Part shown: piece by piece, positions 40,750 to 51,600 of the stretch
Numbering within the stretch: the first letter of the stretch is position 1
How the letters are laid out: each line of letters opens with the position of its first letter
The notes under the pieces: generated by a model
What the model was told of the DNA's origin: nothing
What the model saw: the letters and a program-made list of their open reading frames with translations, nothing else
The model's database searches: none
DNA from: Octopus vulgaris
Taxonomy: Eukaryota
DNA length: 64,000 nt
Direction: 5' to 3'
NCBI GenBank assembly: GCA_951406725.2
Contig: OX597814.1
Location: 144,894,001 to 144,958,000 of the forward strand
Position numbers and translations under genes: made by a program

Positions 40750-41210
40750 AAATAGTGACACAGATAATGAGAAGTAGGAGTAAGAGGATCACAGTCAGAT
40801 AAGAAAATTACGAACAATGGTGGGTTAGATTGTGTGCGTCATAACAAGATACAAAATACAAATGCAGGTGGAACCACCGGAAGTTCTTCCTTTCCTTAAC
40901 TATTCAAACAAGGGAATGTGAAGTCTCAGCCTTAAGGATAGTACAGCTTAACCATAGTCCAATTCATATATGCAGAGAAGATTCATGAAGATTTGTCCGA
41001 TGAAGAGGAAACAAAGTCAGACCGCAGAAATATGTTTCGCTGTGGGTCAGGGACGAGAGAAATAGATGAGAAGCGATTGCCAAATGGTTAAGTTGTTCAG
41101 GGAAGGGAAGAGACAACGGACACAGACATAGATGAGTGCTTATGTAGTTTCTTTTGTATCTATATGAACTTCGAGATCGATGCTACTGAGTGGTAATTTT
41201 GACAAGAAAA

Positions 41211-41612
41211 GGCGGCGAGCTGGCAGAAACGTTAGCACGCCGGGCGAAATGCGTAGCCGTATTTCGTCTGCCGTTACGTTCTGAGTTCAAATTCCGTCGA
41301 GGTCGACTTTACCTTTCATCCTTTCGGGGTCGAAAAATTAAGTACCAGTTACGCACTGGGGTCGATATAATCGACTTAATCCGTTTGTCTGTCCTTGTTT
41401 GTCCCCTCTGTATTTAGCCCCTTGTGGGTAGTAAAGAAATAGGTATTTCTTCTGTCGTTACGTTCTGAGTTCAAATTCCGCCGAGGTCGACTTTGTCTTT
41501 CATCCTTTCGGGCTCGATTAAATAAATACCAGTTACGCACTGGGGTTGATATAATCGACTTAATCCGTTTGTCTGTCCCTGTTTGTCTCTTTGTGGGTAG
41601 TAAAGAAACAGG
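41211..41612 (+). mobile_element. SINE family A dimer
   Basis: GGCGGCGAGCTGGCAGAAACGTTAGC head and two core+tail units. Confidence 0.9.
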
Positions 41613-41877
41613 TAATTTTGACAAATGTTTTTCTTATAAACCTCGTGTCTTGGCAATCCTTGTCAATGGAAGCTGTTTAGGAAACTGTTTATCCGGTCAG
41701 ATGAACTGTTCCTATAATTTAAGGGTTCTAATCTTGTCACACAGTGTGTCGTTGTGATTCTATTTGAGAATTACATTAAGGATATGCGTATAAGCGGAAT
41801 ACTCAACCACTTCAATGAACAAATGATGCTCGTGCAATGAAATCGTCGAGAGAGTATTTTCTCTTTATCTATTTGAG

Positions 41878-41943
<66 letters not shown>

Positions 41944-42616
41944 CGTCTGGCTGTTTGTATGTCTGTCTGTCTCTCTCTGGTGACACCATCATCATCGTTG
42001 TCGCCGTCAGGCCCTAAATCCATCTGAAATGTTCATAATATAACTCAATAATGTTACATGGTTTATCAGCCAGCATATTACCACGCTTTAGGCTTTACAT
42101 CGTCTCTTAATACGATGTGGATTCGGATTAGGTTTTGATGCATGAGCAAACTACACTGGCAAATTCACATCTCAGTTAAAACGGAAGAAAGAGTTGTAGC
42201 ATAACATTCAGCAGCAAATATTTAATTAACATGTTGTGCGCAAACTACTGAGATTTATACTATGTTTTAGCAGCAAGATAACTACAGCTAACAGGCGTTA
42301 ACAATATGGTTTCTGTCAGATCTCTGAAACTTCTGCAATGCTAACTCTGATTGATAAAGTAGGAGAATGTTCTAGGTTTGGAAAACAGTTAACCAATGGA
42401 ATTGAAAACAACTTGCGTAGGCGGAATTAGCTTCAAATATGTCGTTTTCCCACATTCACACATAAAATGTAAAATTGAAATAAAATGTATTGGATGACTG
42501 TAATCCGAAGTATTGTCAGTTATGAAGTTTCCAGAAGTACGAAAGCTAAAATTTTTTCTCATAAATATTTCTCATGGTTGTTGTCAAACAAATGGAAATA
42601 ATTCAGATATGTTAAG

Positions 42617-44549
42617 CCTTAGCAACCAGCGAGTAGCATCTCCGTAAATTCTCTCATTGACTCTTCCTGCTCGCTATTGCTTTTCAACCCCAGGTCAACG
42701 CTGATTAACGCTTCAGATATGAATACAGAATCGCGGCAAATGCCAGTAGCAATCCAAAAACCTTCTTTGCCCATGTCCAACGGAATTCCCGCTTGAACAA
42801 CCAAATTGCAACGTTGGCAGACTCAACAGGCGTATCGATTGAGGACCTTTATCAACAGAGTCAATTATTTGCCGAGGCTTTTTCAACTATTTTCGAACAA
42901 GATGATGGTCGTGAACCCCTTCCATTTGATAGATCGGTACCTCCAATGCTTCGATTGGTCATCACGCGGGACGAAGTCGAACGCGTTATTCAAGGCCTCG
43001 ATGTCAACAAGGGTCACGGCCCTGACGGCATACATCCACGGGTTACCAAAGCGTTGGCTCCGGTCATCTGCGAGCCCTTAACACGTCTATTCAATATGCC
43101 ATTGGCGACGGGTGTTATACCTGCGGACTGGAGAACAGCGATAATCTGCCCAATTTTCAAGAAAGGGAGCCGCGAAGACCCGCTTAACTACCGACCGGTT
43201 TCCCTTACTTCAATAATCAGCAAGATGTTCGAAACCATCCTTAAGAAAGGTATGATGCTCCACCTCCAAAACACAGCCTCTATCTCTGATTCCCAACTTG
43301 GCTTCGTGTCGAAGAGATCATGCTTGACCAACTTACTGGTAATGGAAGAATTGGTGACGCGCATCCTCGATGATAGTGATGCTGTTGACATCGTTTTATT
43401 GGACTTTGCCAAAGCTTTTGACTCGGTAAACCACCGCCTATTACTTGTCAAGCTTCAAACATATAGTTTCCATCCGGATATTGTACGATGGGTTGGTGCC
43501 TTCCTCTCAGATCGCTCCTTCCAAGTCCAAGTTAATGGTTTGCGATCCGACGTCTCCAGTGCGAGCAGTGGCGTGCCTCAAGGTTCAGTGCTTGGGCCCT
43601 TATTGTTCTTAGTCTTCATAAATGACTTGCCCGACGACCTCACGCAACACACCCTTCTATTTGCCGACGATGTCAAACTGGTCGCTCCTGGCGGTGATAT
43701 AGAGGATCTTCGTCGATGCCTCCACCAAATTTGGAGATGGTCTAACGAATGGGACCTGTGTCTGAACGTGACAAAGTGCTGTCATCTGCCTGTTGGCTCT
43801 CCTCCTGCAACTCAACTTGATTTCGAGCCGGGTCGTCTGCAGCTGGAGAGGACCGATCAGGTAAAGGACCTGGGTATCTTGGTGGATTCCTCCTTTTCGC
43901 CTTCGGCCCAGTGCGTCCATGCTGCCAACAAAGCACGCGAGTTCTGTTCTTGATTCGACGGTCATTCGGAATGCTCACAGCAGCCATATTCCTACCACTC
44001 TATGTCACGCTGGTGAGACCCATATTGGAGTACGGGATTCAAGCCTCTTCTCCTTATCTCCTCAAAGACATACAGCATCTGGAAAGAGTCCAGAAGCTGG
44101 CTACCCGCATGGTTCTTGGTCTCAAGAATTTGTCTTATGAAGAAAGGCTGAGGACGCTCGACCTTTATTCTCTAGAAAAACGACGACGCCGTGGTGATCT
44201 CATTCTTGCTCACAACATCATAAGCGGAAAGTGTAACCTCTCGAAAGAGCTGTTCTTCACTCCTGCTCCAGAGCATCGGCTGCGGGGTCATTCCGAAAAG
44301 CTCTATCTGCGACGATTTCATCTCAATCGAAGGAGAGGGGCTTTCTCCGTCCGGGTTGCGGATCCGTGGAATAAGCTGCCGGACGAGATGGTGAATCTGC
44401 CGACGACCGCTCGGTTCAAAGTCTCCCTTGACCACAAGTGGCCTGAACTCTTTACATGAACACCACCCAGTACGTAACTCCATGTCCCCCTACATGGCCT
44501 TGCTTTTTGCTTTTTGAGCCAAAAAATTAACTAACTAACTAACTAACTA
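42617..44549 (+). mobile_element. 5'-truncated CR1-group LINE with (TAAC)n tail
   Basis: RT coding region 42709-44459, short 3' UTR, (TAAC)n at 44528-44549; possibly inverted 5' segment at 42617-42708. Confidence 0.9.
42709..44459 (+). pseudogene. Reverse transcriptase (CR1-group LINE), frameshift near 43940
   Basis: Frame is open from 42709 (RFRYEYRIAANASSNPKTFFAHV). Motifs GPDGIHP, YRPVSLTS, LDFAKAFDSV, GVPQGSVLGPLLF, FADD. It continues in 43911..44459 (LVRPILEY, LERVQ, SLEKRRRRGDLI). Confidence 0.92.
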
Positions 44550-44651
44550 TTATCACAGCCTTTCCAGACACGACCATTTTATCTATTTAGGGAGTATCCA
44601 AAACTATATTAGTCAATGTCTGCTATTTTTCGATATTAATGCACAACTTAA

Positions 44652-45085
44652 GTCGGTGAGTTAGCAGAGTAGTTAGCATATCGGACAAAATGCTTAGTGG
44701 CATTTCGTCTGCTTTTACGCTCTGAGTTCAAATACCGCGGAGTTAGACTTTTGCCTTTTATCCTTTTGTGGTTAGTGAAAAAAGTACCAGTTGAGCACTG
44801 GGATCGATGTAATCGACTAATCATAGTTTAAGGCCTTGAGCTTATAGTAGAAAGGATATTAGTTTCAAATTTGGGCACAAGACCAGCAGTTTCTGGAGAA
44901 GAGGCAAGTCGATTGCTTCGATTCCAGTGCTCAATAGACACTTATTTTTTAGATCCCGAAACGATGAAGGGCTAACCTTAACCCTAACCATAACCTCGGC
45001 AGAATTTGAACTCAGAACGTAAAGGCAGATGTAATGCCGCTAAGCCTCTTACCCGGCGCACTAACGATCCTGCTAGCTATCCGCC
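44652..45085. mobile_element. Tail-to-tail inverted pair of SINE family A copies
   Basis: + copy at ~44652-44860 directly followed by a - copy at ~44860-45085. Confidence 0.8.
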
Positions 45086-45322
45086 TGGAAAGGATATTTG
45101 GGTATAATTTAAAGTAAAATTGGTCGCTTTTTACAGTAGATCAATGGGCTGCTCATTGGTTCCTAATCCTCACTCAAAGGTAGTTGGAGGACAATGGTAT
45201 GGATAGAGAATGATGTAGTTGGGAAGAAAGTGCAAGAATTTGATAATAACATCGTTGATAGAGGTTAATGTAGCAGTTAGGTAGTAATTGTATATGGATG
45301 GCACTATAATAGGTTGATGCAA

Positions 45323-45690
45323 GGCGGCGAGCTGGTAGAATCGTTAGCACGCCGGGCGAAATGCTTAGTGGTATTTCGTCTGCCGTTACGTTCTGAGTTA
45401 AAATTCCGCCGAGGTTAACTTTGCCTTTCATCCTTTCGGGGTTCGATAAATTAAGTACCAGTTATGCTCTGGGGTCGATATAATCGACTTAATCCGTCTA
45501 TCTGTCCTTGATTGTCTCCTCTGTGTGTAGCCCCTTGTAGGTAGTAAAGAAATAGGTATTTCGTCTGTCTTTACGTTCTGAGTTCAAATTCCGCCGAGGT
45601 CCATTTTGCCTTTCATCCTTTCGGGGTCGATAAATTAAGTACCAGTTGCGTATTGGGTTCGATCTAATCGACTTGCCCCCTGCCCCAAAA
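45323..45690 (+). mobile_element. SINE family A dimer
   Basis: Same GAAATAG|GTATTTCGTCTG internal junction. Confidence 0.9.
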
Positions 45691-45766
45691 TATAGAAAAG
45701 TATAATAGGTTGATGGGATTTTGTGGGTGGTGTCCAATGTATCATTAAGGGGATAATGCTTTACAT

Positions 45767-46187
45767 CAGTGGGTCTCAAACATTTTTTTACCTATCGACA
45801 CCTTTGATATCTATTTTACTCAGGTGGACCCTCAGAGCCATTCGTTGTTTGATGAAACCCAGTAATTCCCGGGGAAGAGGTAAGTCGATTGCTTCGATCC
45901 CAGTGCCCAGCTTGAGCCTATTTTTTAGACCCCCGAAACTATGAAAGGCAAAGTCGATCTCGGCGGAATTAAATATTAATAGGAATTGTATAAAAACATT
46001 TTGTATAAAACATTTTGTATAAAACATTTTGTATAAAACATTTTGTATAAAACATTTTGTATAAAACATTTTGTATAAAAACATTTTGTATATTGTAGAC
46101 GTATAACCAATTTATTGCCTATAAACTCTAGCAACATATCTAATATGGACCCCCAAGCATCATGTGGACCTCGGTTGAAAACCACTG
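45767..46187. mobile_element. hAT-type MITE containing a SINE fragment and a minisatellite
   Basis: TIRs CAGTGGGTCTCAAAC / GTTGAAAACCACTG; 8-bp flanks CTTTACAT / CTTTAGCT (6/8 match). Confidence 0.65.
45986..46090. repeat. 15-bp minisatellite (TTGTATAAAACATTT) x~7
   Basis: Direct reading. Confidence 0.95.
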
Positions 46188-47046
46188 CTTTAGCTGGAGG
46201 ACAATATGTGTGGTTGGAAGGTATTGTAACTTGAAGAATGATGTAGAAGTTGGTAGAGAGTCTGTCTTTTTGTTTTTTACATTTGTAATGGTTTAGTGAG
46301 AGGAGGATGGGAATGTACTATAACTTTTTTCAGAGCTACTGATAAAGAAAAGGTTTTACTGGCACCGTAGGCATCAACCGTATGTCTGCAAATGAGGAAA
46401 TTTTATTAAAGTCCCTCATGCGATATGTGTTCATGTTAAACCAAGAAATGGATTACGTCATATTCACAAGTTAGACGGACAATATTGGAGTATAATTTGA
46501 GTGCTATTTCTAGTTGCTCAAGTGACTTTCAAAAAGGGTCAGCTCAACCATCGATAAAGTGAACACTGTGACGAAGTCTAACAAAGCATTCGTTAATTTC
46601 AGAGTACCCTAAATTTTAAAGAATATCTAGGACTTCATTTTTCAGATGTACCTCTCAGTATTTTAAGACGGTAGAGTAAGATTTGATGGAAATTTGATTG
46701 CTCTTTTTAGGAAGTCAAGCCATCGTATGGAAGCTATGTTTATTTTTTTCACTCTTGTCAATAGAAATGAGGTAAAATGAGCATCTGATGGATGCATCTC
46801 ATCATTGGGTCTAATGATTAGACGTTTCTGAATGTGTTTGAGTACCAGGCAGACATAATTTACTTTGGTTCCGTCAGTATGCCCACTATAGAACCAAATA
46901 ACATTATCTTGGTTGAAGAGAAAAGGAAAACAAACGACCACAGATCGCTATAGCCAATTCATGTCGATTGCTTTCACTTTGATATCGAAACGGAGATGAA
47001 AAATAACGTAACTCGCATCCTTCATCAATTCATTTCATATCAATAT

Positions 47047-47087
<41 letters not shown>

Positions 47088-47110
47088 CATACATATATAC
47101 ATACTTGTAA

Positions 47111-47190
<80 letters not shown>

Positions 47191-47239
47191 TTGTGTGTAT
47201 ATACACACACGCACAAATATATATGTATATATAGGCATG

Positions 47240-47271
<32 letters not shown>

Positions 47272-47781
47272 ATCAATCAATTAATCAATATAGGGTGGCA
47301 AAAAAATTTTGTAGAATTCTTTTGCCACCAGCGGCCTAGTAGGAAAAAATTAAATAGTCATAAACCATTTTTACGTTCAACATCACAATCAAGGAACGGC
47401 CATACAGGGTAAAAGTTTTTCAATTTTCTCCTGGTTTACGGTATTAATGTTATTTTGCGGTTAAAGCTTTTGGCTGTTATTTCTAGTGGGTGAATGGCCT
47501 ATTATGGCCGTTCCTTGATTGTGATGTTGAACGTAAAAATGGTTTATGACTATTTAATTTTTTCCTACTAGGCCGCTGGTGGCAAAAGAATTCTACAAAA
47601 TTTTTTTTTGCCACCCTATATTGATTAATTATGAATTTTCTGGTTAGTTCCGTAACGGAATCGGTGGTTCATTTGCTGCCGATAAATTTGGCGCGAGTGC
47701 GACGATTTGAAAATTTTAGGTCAGATATTGCCGAGGTAGCAAGAGGAATGCCTCGTGAAAAATATCTGTTCCGATTTGGCT

Positions 47782-47888
47782 ATTTCTTACTGATGAGTCT
47801 AAGGGCCTATGGTGGATTGGCTTGATTTAATTTAATCAGGTTAGTTTACCATTAAACGGTAGATGAAACGGTGCATCGTCTAAGAAAT
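47782..47888 (+). ncRNA. Type I hammerhead ribozyme, copy 1
   Basis: Stem I ATTTCTTA/TAAGAAAT (8 bp), CTGATGA 47790-96, stem II GTCTA..TAGAT, GAAA 47865-68, stem III CGGTGCATCG, GTC triplet; predicted cleavage after 47880. Confidence 0.9.
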
Positions 47889-48265
47889 TACAGGGTAAAA
47901 GTTTTTCAATTTTCTCCTGGTTTACGGTATTAATGTTATTTTGCGGTTAAAGCTTTTGGCTGTTATTTCTAGTGGGTGAATGGCCTATTATGGCCGTTCC
48001 TTGATTGTGATGTTGAACGTAAAAATGGTTTATGACTATTTAATTTTTTCCTACTAGGCCGCTGGTGGCAAAAGAATTCTACAAAATTTTTTTGCCACCC
48101 TATATTGATTAATTATGAATTTTCTGGTTAGTTCCGTAACGGAATCGGTGGTTCATTTGCTGCCGATAAATTTGGCGCGAGTGCGACGATTTGAAAATTT
48201 TAGGTCAGATATTGCCGAGGTAGCAAGAGGAATGCCTCGTGAAAAATATCTGTTCCGATTTGGCT

Positions 48266-48372
48266 ATTTCTTACTGATGAGTCTAAGGGCCTATGGTGGA
48301 TTGGCTTGATTTAATTTAATCAGGTTAGTTTACCATTAAACGGTAGATGAAACGGTGCATCGTCTAAGAAAT
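48266..48372 (+). ncRNA. Type I hammerhead ribozyme, copy 2
   Basis: Identical to copy 1, offset 484 nt; predicted cleavage after 48364. Confidence 0.9.
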
Positions 48373-48561
48373 TACAGGGTAAAAGTTTTTCAATTTTCTC
48401 CTGGTTTACGGTATTAATGTTATTTTGCGGTTAAAGCTTTTGGCTGTTATTTCTAGTGGGTGAATGGCCTATTATGGCCGTTCCTTGATTGTGATATATA
48501 TATATATATATATATTTGTGTGTATATACACACACGCACAAATATATATGTATATATAGGC

Positions 48562-48607
<46 letters not shown>

Positions 48608-51600
48608 TACCGACGACAGAGAGAAAGTAAACATTTTCTTAGTATTTCGCTGTGATTCACTTCCAAGCTGTTGTTTTGTGTTCTGATATATTCACTTGAT
48701 ATATTTTTTTTCCTTGAAGCCATACAAAAGTATATATAAATAAAAGGGAAAGAAGACTCAAGATTATTTCCCTCGATTCCTTGTCGATCTGTTTACATTG
48801 AAATATTTCCCCCATTTATGATCAAATCGTAACTGTTTCTATGATTAGTCTCATTCTCAAAGAGAATCAATGAAAGCTATCTCAATGGAAAATACAAGGG
48901 AGAAGTGGAGTGATCTTTCAGATATGTTCTTCTGGAGATTTGTGTAAAACAAATATTGAAGAGAGTGTATTACTGTGTAATTCTATTTGGGAAAATAAAT
49001 GTCGGAAAGTTATTCTGGATATGTTTGCGATCAGAGTTTCAAAAGAAAAAAAGACAAAAATCAACATCACCATCAACGACATAACATTAAAAATGTTATT
49101 TTTGTTTCGTACAAGGAAGGATACATCAAGCTTAAATATACCTAGCTATTTCAGAATGTTTACCTCATAGAAATAAGTATATTTGAAACTATATACAAAG
49201 ATATTTTACATCGGAATAAATCAATGATATTGAAGTAGTAAATTGAGAACTATCTGACTTTAGGTTATTTAGTTTCATAACATACCTTTCTATTCTTGAA
49301 TTGAAATTCCTATCGGTATTAATTTTATTCGCATTTCTTCAGGTTCTCTAAAATAAATACCAATAGCAAATGGGTACACGAATGGCTGTAAGGATAAAGC
49401 GTTTGCTTTGTAACCATATGGTTTGGGGTTCGATCTCGCCGTATGGCCCCTCAGGCAAGTGCCTTCTATCATAATCTCGGATTAATCAATACCTTGTGTG
49501 TAGAATTTGGTTGGCAGGAAGTGCATTGAAGCCTGTTGGACATTTTATACACACATATATACACTCACACTGATACACATATTAGATGGAGTGTGCTGAT
49601 ACATTTCTGTGAGGAAAGAACAACAAGAATGAAACTTGCTGAAAGAAATCTTTTGCGATATTTTTTCTGCAAGGAGTTAGTCCCTCTCTTGTCACCGTTG
49701 CTCTCAAAATGCATGATATAACTTTGTGATTGGATCGAAGGAATTCTGTAACCAACTAGGCTGTTGTTAATCAATTGTGATATAAAAACAAAATAAATAA
49801 CACGTATAGTACGAGGGTAAGAGACTGACAGAGGTATCAGAACATGAGATAAAATGCCTGGCGCTCATTTGTTTTGATTGTGTGTGCTGAGTTCAAAATC
49901 CTACTAAAGTTAAGATTACTTTTCATCCTTTCGAGTTCTACAAAAAGTACTCATCCAAGTCGGTGGATTAGTGGAAATGTGAGAAAGTGAGGCATCTCAT
50001 TTGGTTAATTATTTTCTGATAGCATGTGGCTACACTGGTGCCAAGTTGATAGCCATTCTCTTGTATAAATATTTGCAGCGTTGGAAGGGGAGACTTGCAT
50101 GCACTGGAAACAACCAGTCTTCCTAAAAAAAAATCTTGCCCATAACTATGCTTACGTACATGGCCAACCTTGATTGACAGAAACCTTATATATAAATGAA
50201 ATTTCAAACAGAGTTAGATCCAATATAGTATAAGTAAATTCAAATGACACATTGTGAAGTATTATACTTACATCGTGGAATGCGTACGGATGAAAGTCAA
50301 AGACGCATTTAAGTGAGTAATAGTAATAGTCTTATTACGCGGTATCGTAGGAAAGCGTCTTCTATTATTGCTCCTTGTGAGTGAATTTTGTAGACGGAAA
50401 CTGCGTAAAATGCCCGTTGTATGTATATATATACATATATATATATATACTTACTTGGAAAAGGATGCGTGGCGTTTGATCATATAATAATATAATATAT
50501 AAATATATGCATATATACATACATATATGTACATACCTACATATATAGGTACATATGCAATCATATATGGGTACATGACATAAAAAAAGCGTTGAACACA
50601 ATGAGAAACGAAAACATAAAAACAAAAACATAGAAATGAACTTTTTTTCGTTGTTCAAAAAAACAAACAAACAGAGAAACGAGACATACAACATAATGAA
50701 TATCCCCCTTCTTCAGCTGTCCCTGTTTCATCTACACCGCGTTTTCGAAGGTAAAGACAAGACGCGACTTCGCTGAAATAGTCCTTCCCGCAAAGAAAAT
50801 TAAATAAAATTTGTGATTTTTTGCGGAGAGTGAAAGTGGTAAAAGAGCAGGACAGTGAGATCAAAACAGTAAAAACAAACGGTGAGGGATGTTAAGCCAT
50901 GATGATAGAAAAATTATTAGGAACGCTAGGAAGACGAGCTTATGAAGGAGACAATATAAGCACGTTATTGTCTTTACGAAGGTAGTGGTCAGAAATATAG
51001 ATCCTCTATCGTCACGTGTCAGCGACTGTTTTTCCAGCAGGTAGATATACTCAGTATATCCTTTGATTAATTTTAATCCTTCAGCTATTTAATACTTTCT
51101 TGTGCCTGCAATCGTTTATATTATTAATTCAGTTATCATTTTTAATTGTTACACTAGATAATGATAGAGTCAATAATATCTTCGCAATTATTTACTCCGT
51201 ATATATATATATATATATATAAAACATTTGGTATCACTCGGAAAAAATGATTAGCATATGGATTATGATATTAAGTAAGGATTTCATAAGCTAAGTATTC
51301 TGACATCGCAACATATTCTATATATATATTACATAAATGTATGGCTGTGTGTATTTTTGTTAGTGTTTTATTCTCTCAACCTCTTCGCAATCGCTGTTGG
51401 TTTGTTTACGGCCCGTAATTTCCTGGTTTGGTAAAAATGATCGATGGAATATGCACCTGTGTTACAATAATAAAAAAAAAGCGAAAAGAACAACAAAAGA
51501 AACTCCATAAGGTTTGGGGCCGATTAGTCCGACTAAAGCTTTTCAAGGCGGTACCCCGACATGGTTGCAATCCAATGACTGAAACAAGTAAAAGATAAAA

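Larger units (their letters stand above)
47279..48495 (+). mobile_element. Retrozyme / non-autonomous Penelope-like tandem array (~484-bp unit x~2.25, inverted 5' segment)
   Basis: Units 47403-47888, 47889-48372 and partial 48373-48495 are identical apart from a T-run. 47279-47404 is the reverse complement of 47503-47630. Each full unit ends in a hammerhead, and the array is embedded in (TA)n. Confidence 0.88.

Noticed and set aside
45986-46090. CRISPR-like array
   Set aside because: Contiguous tandem units without unique spacers, eukaryotic context, no cas genes.
47631-48309. Duplicated 64-aa ORF in the 484-bp unit
   Set aside because: No recognisable motif; it overlaps the ribozyme and hairpins, and the identity of the two copies simply reflects the tandem repeat.
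50690-50790. Minus-strand CGAAG..CTTCGAAAACGCGGTGTA / CTGAAGA segment as a hammerhead
   Set aside because: Core boxes are not in a consistent order with closing stems. It may be part of a repeat, but I cannot support it as an HHR.
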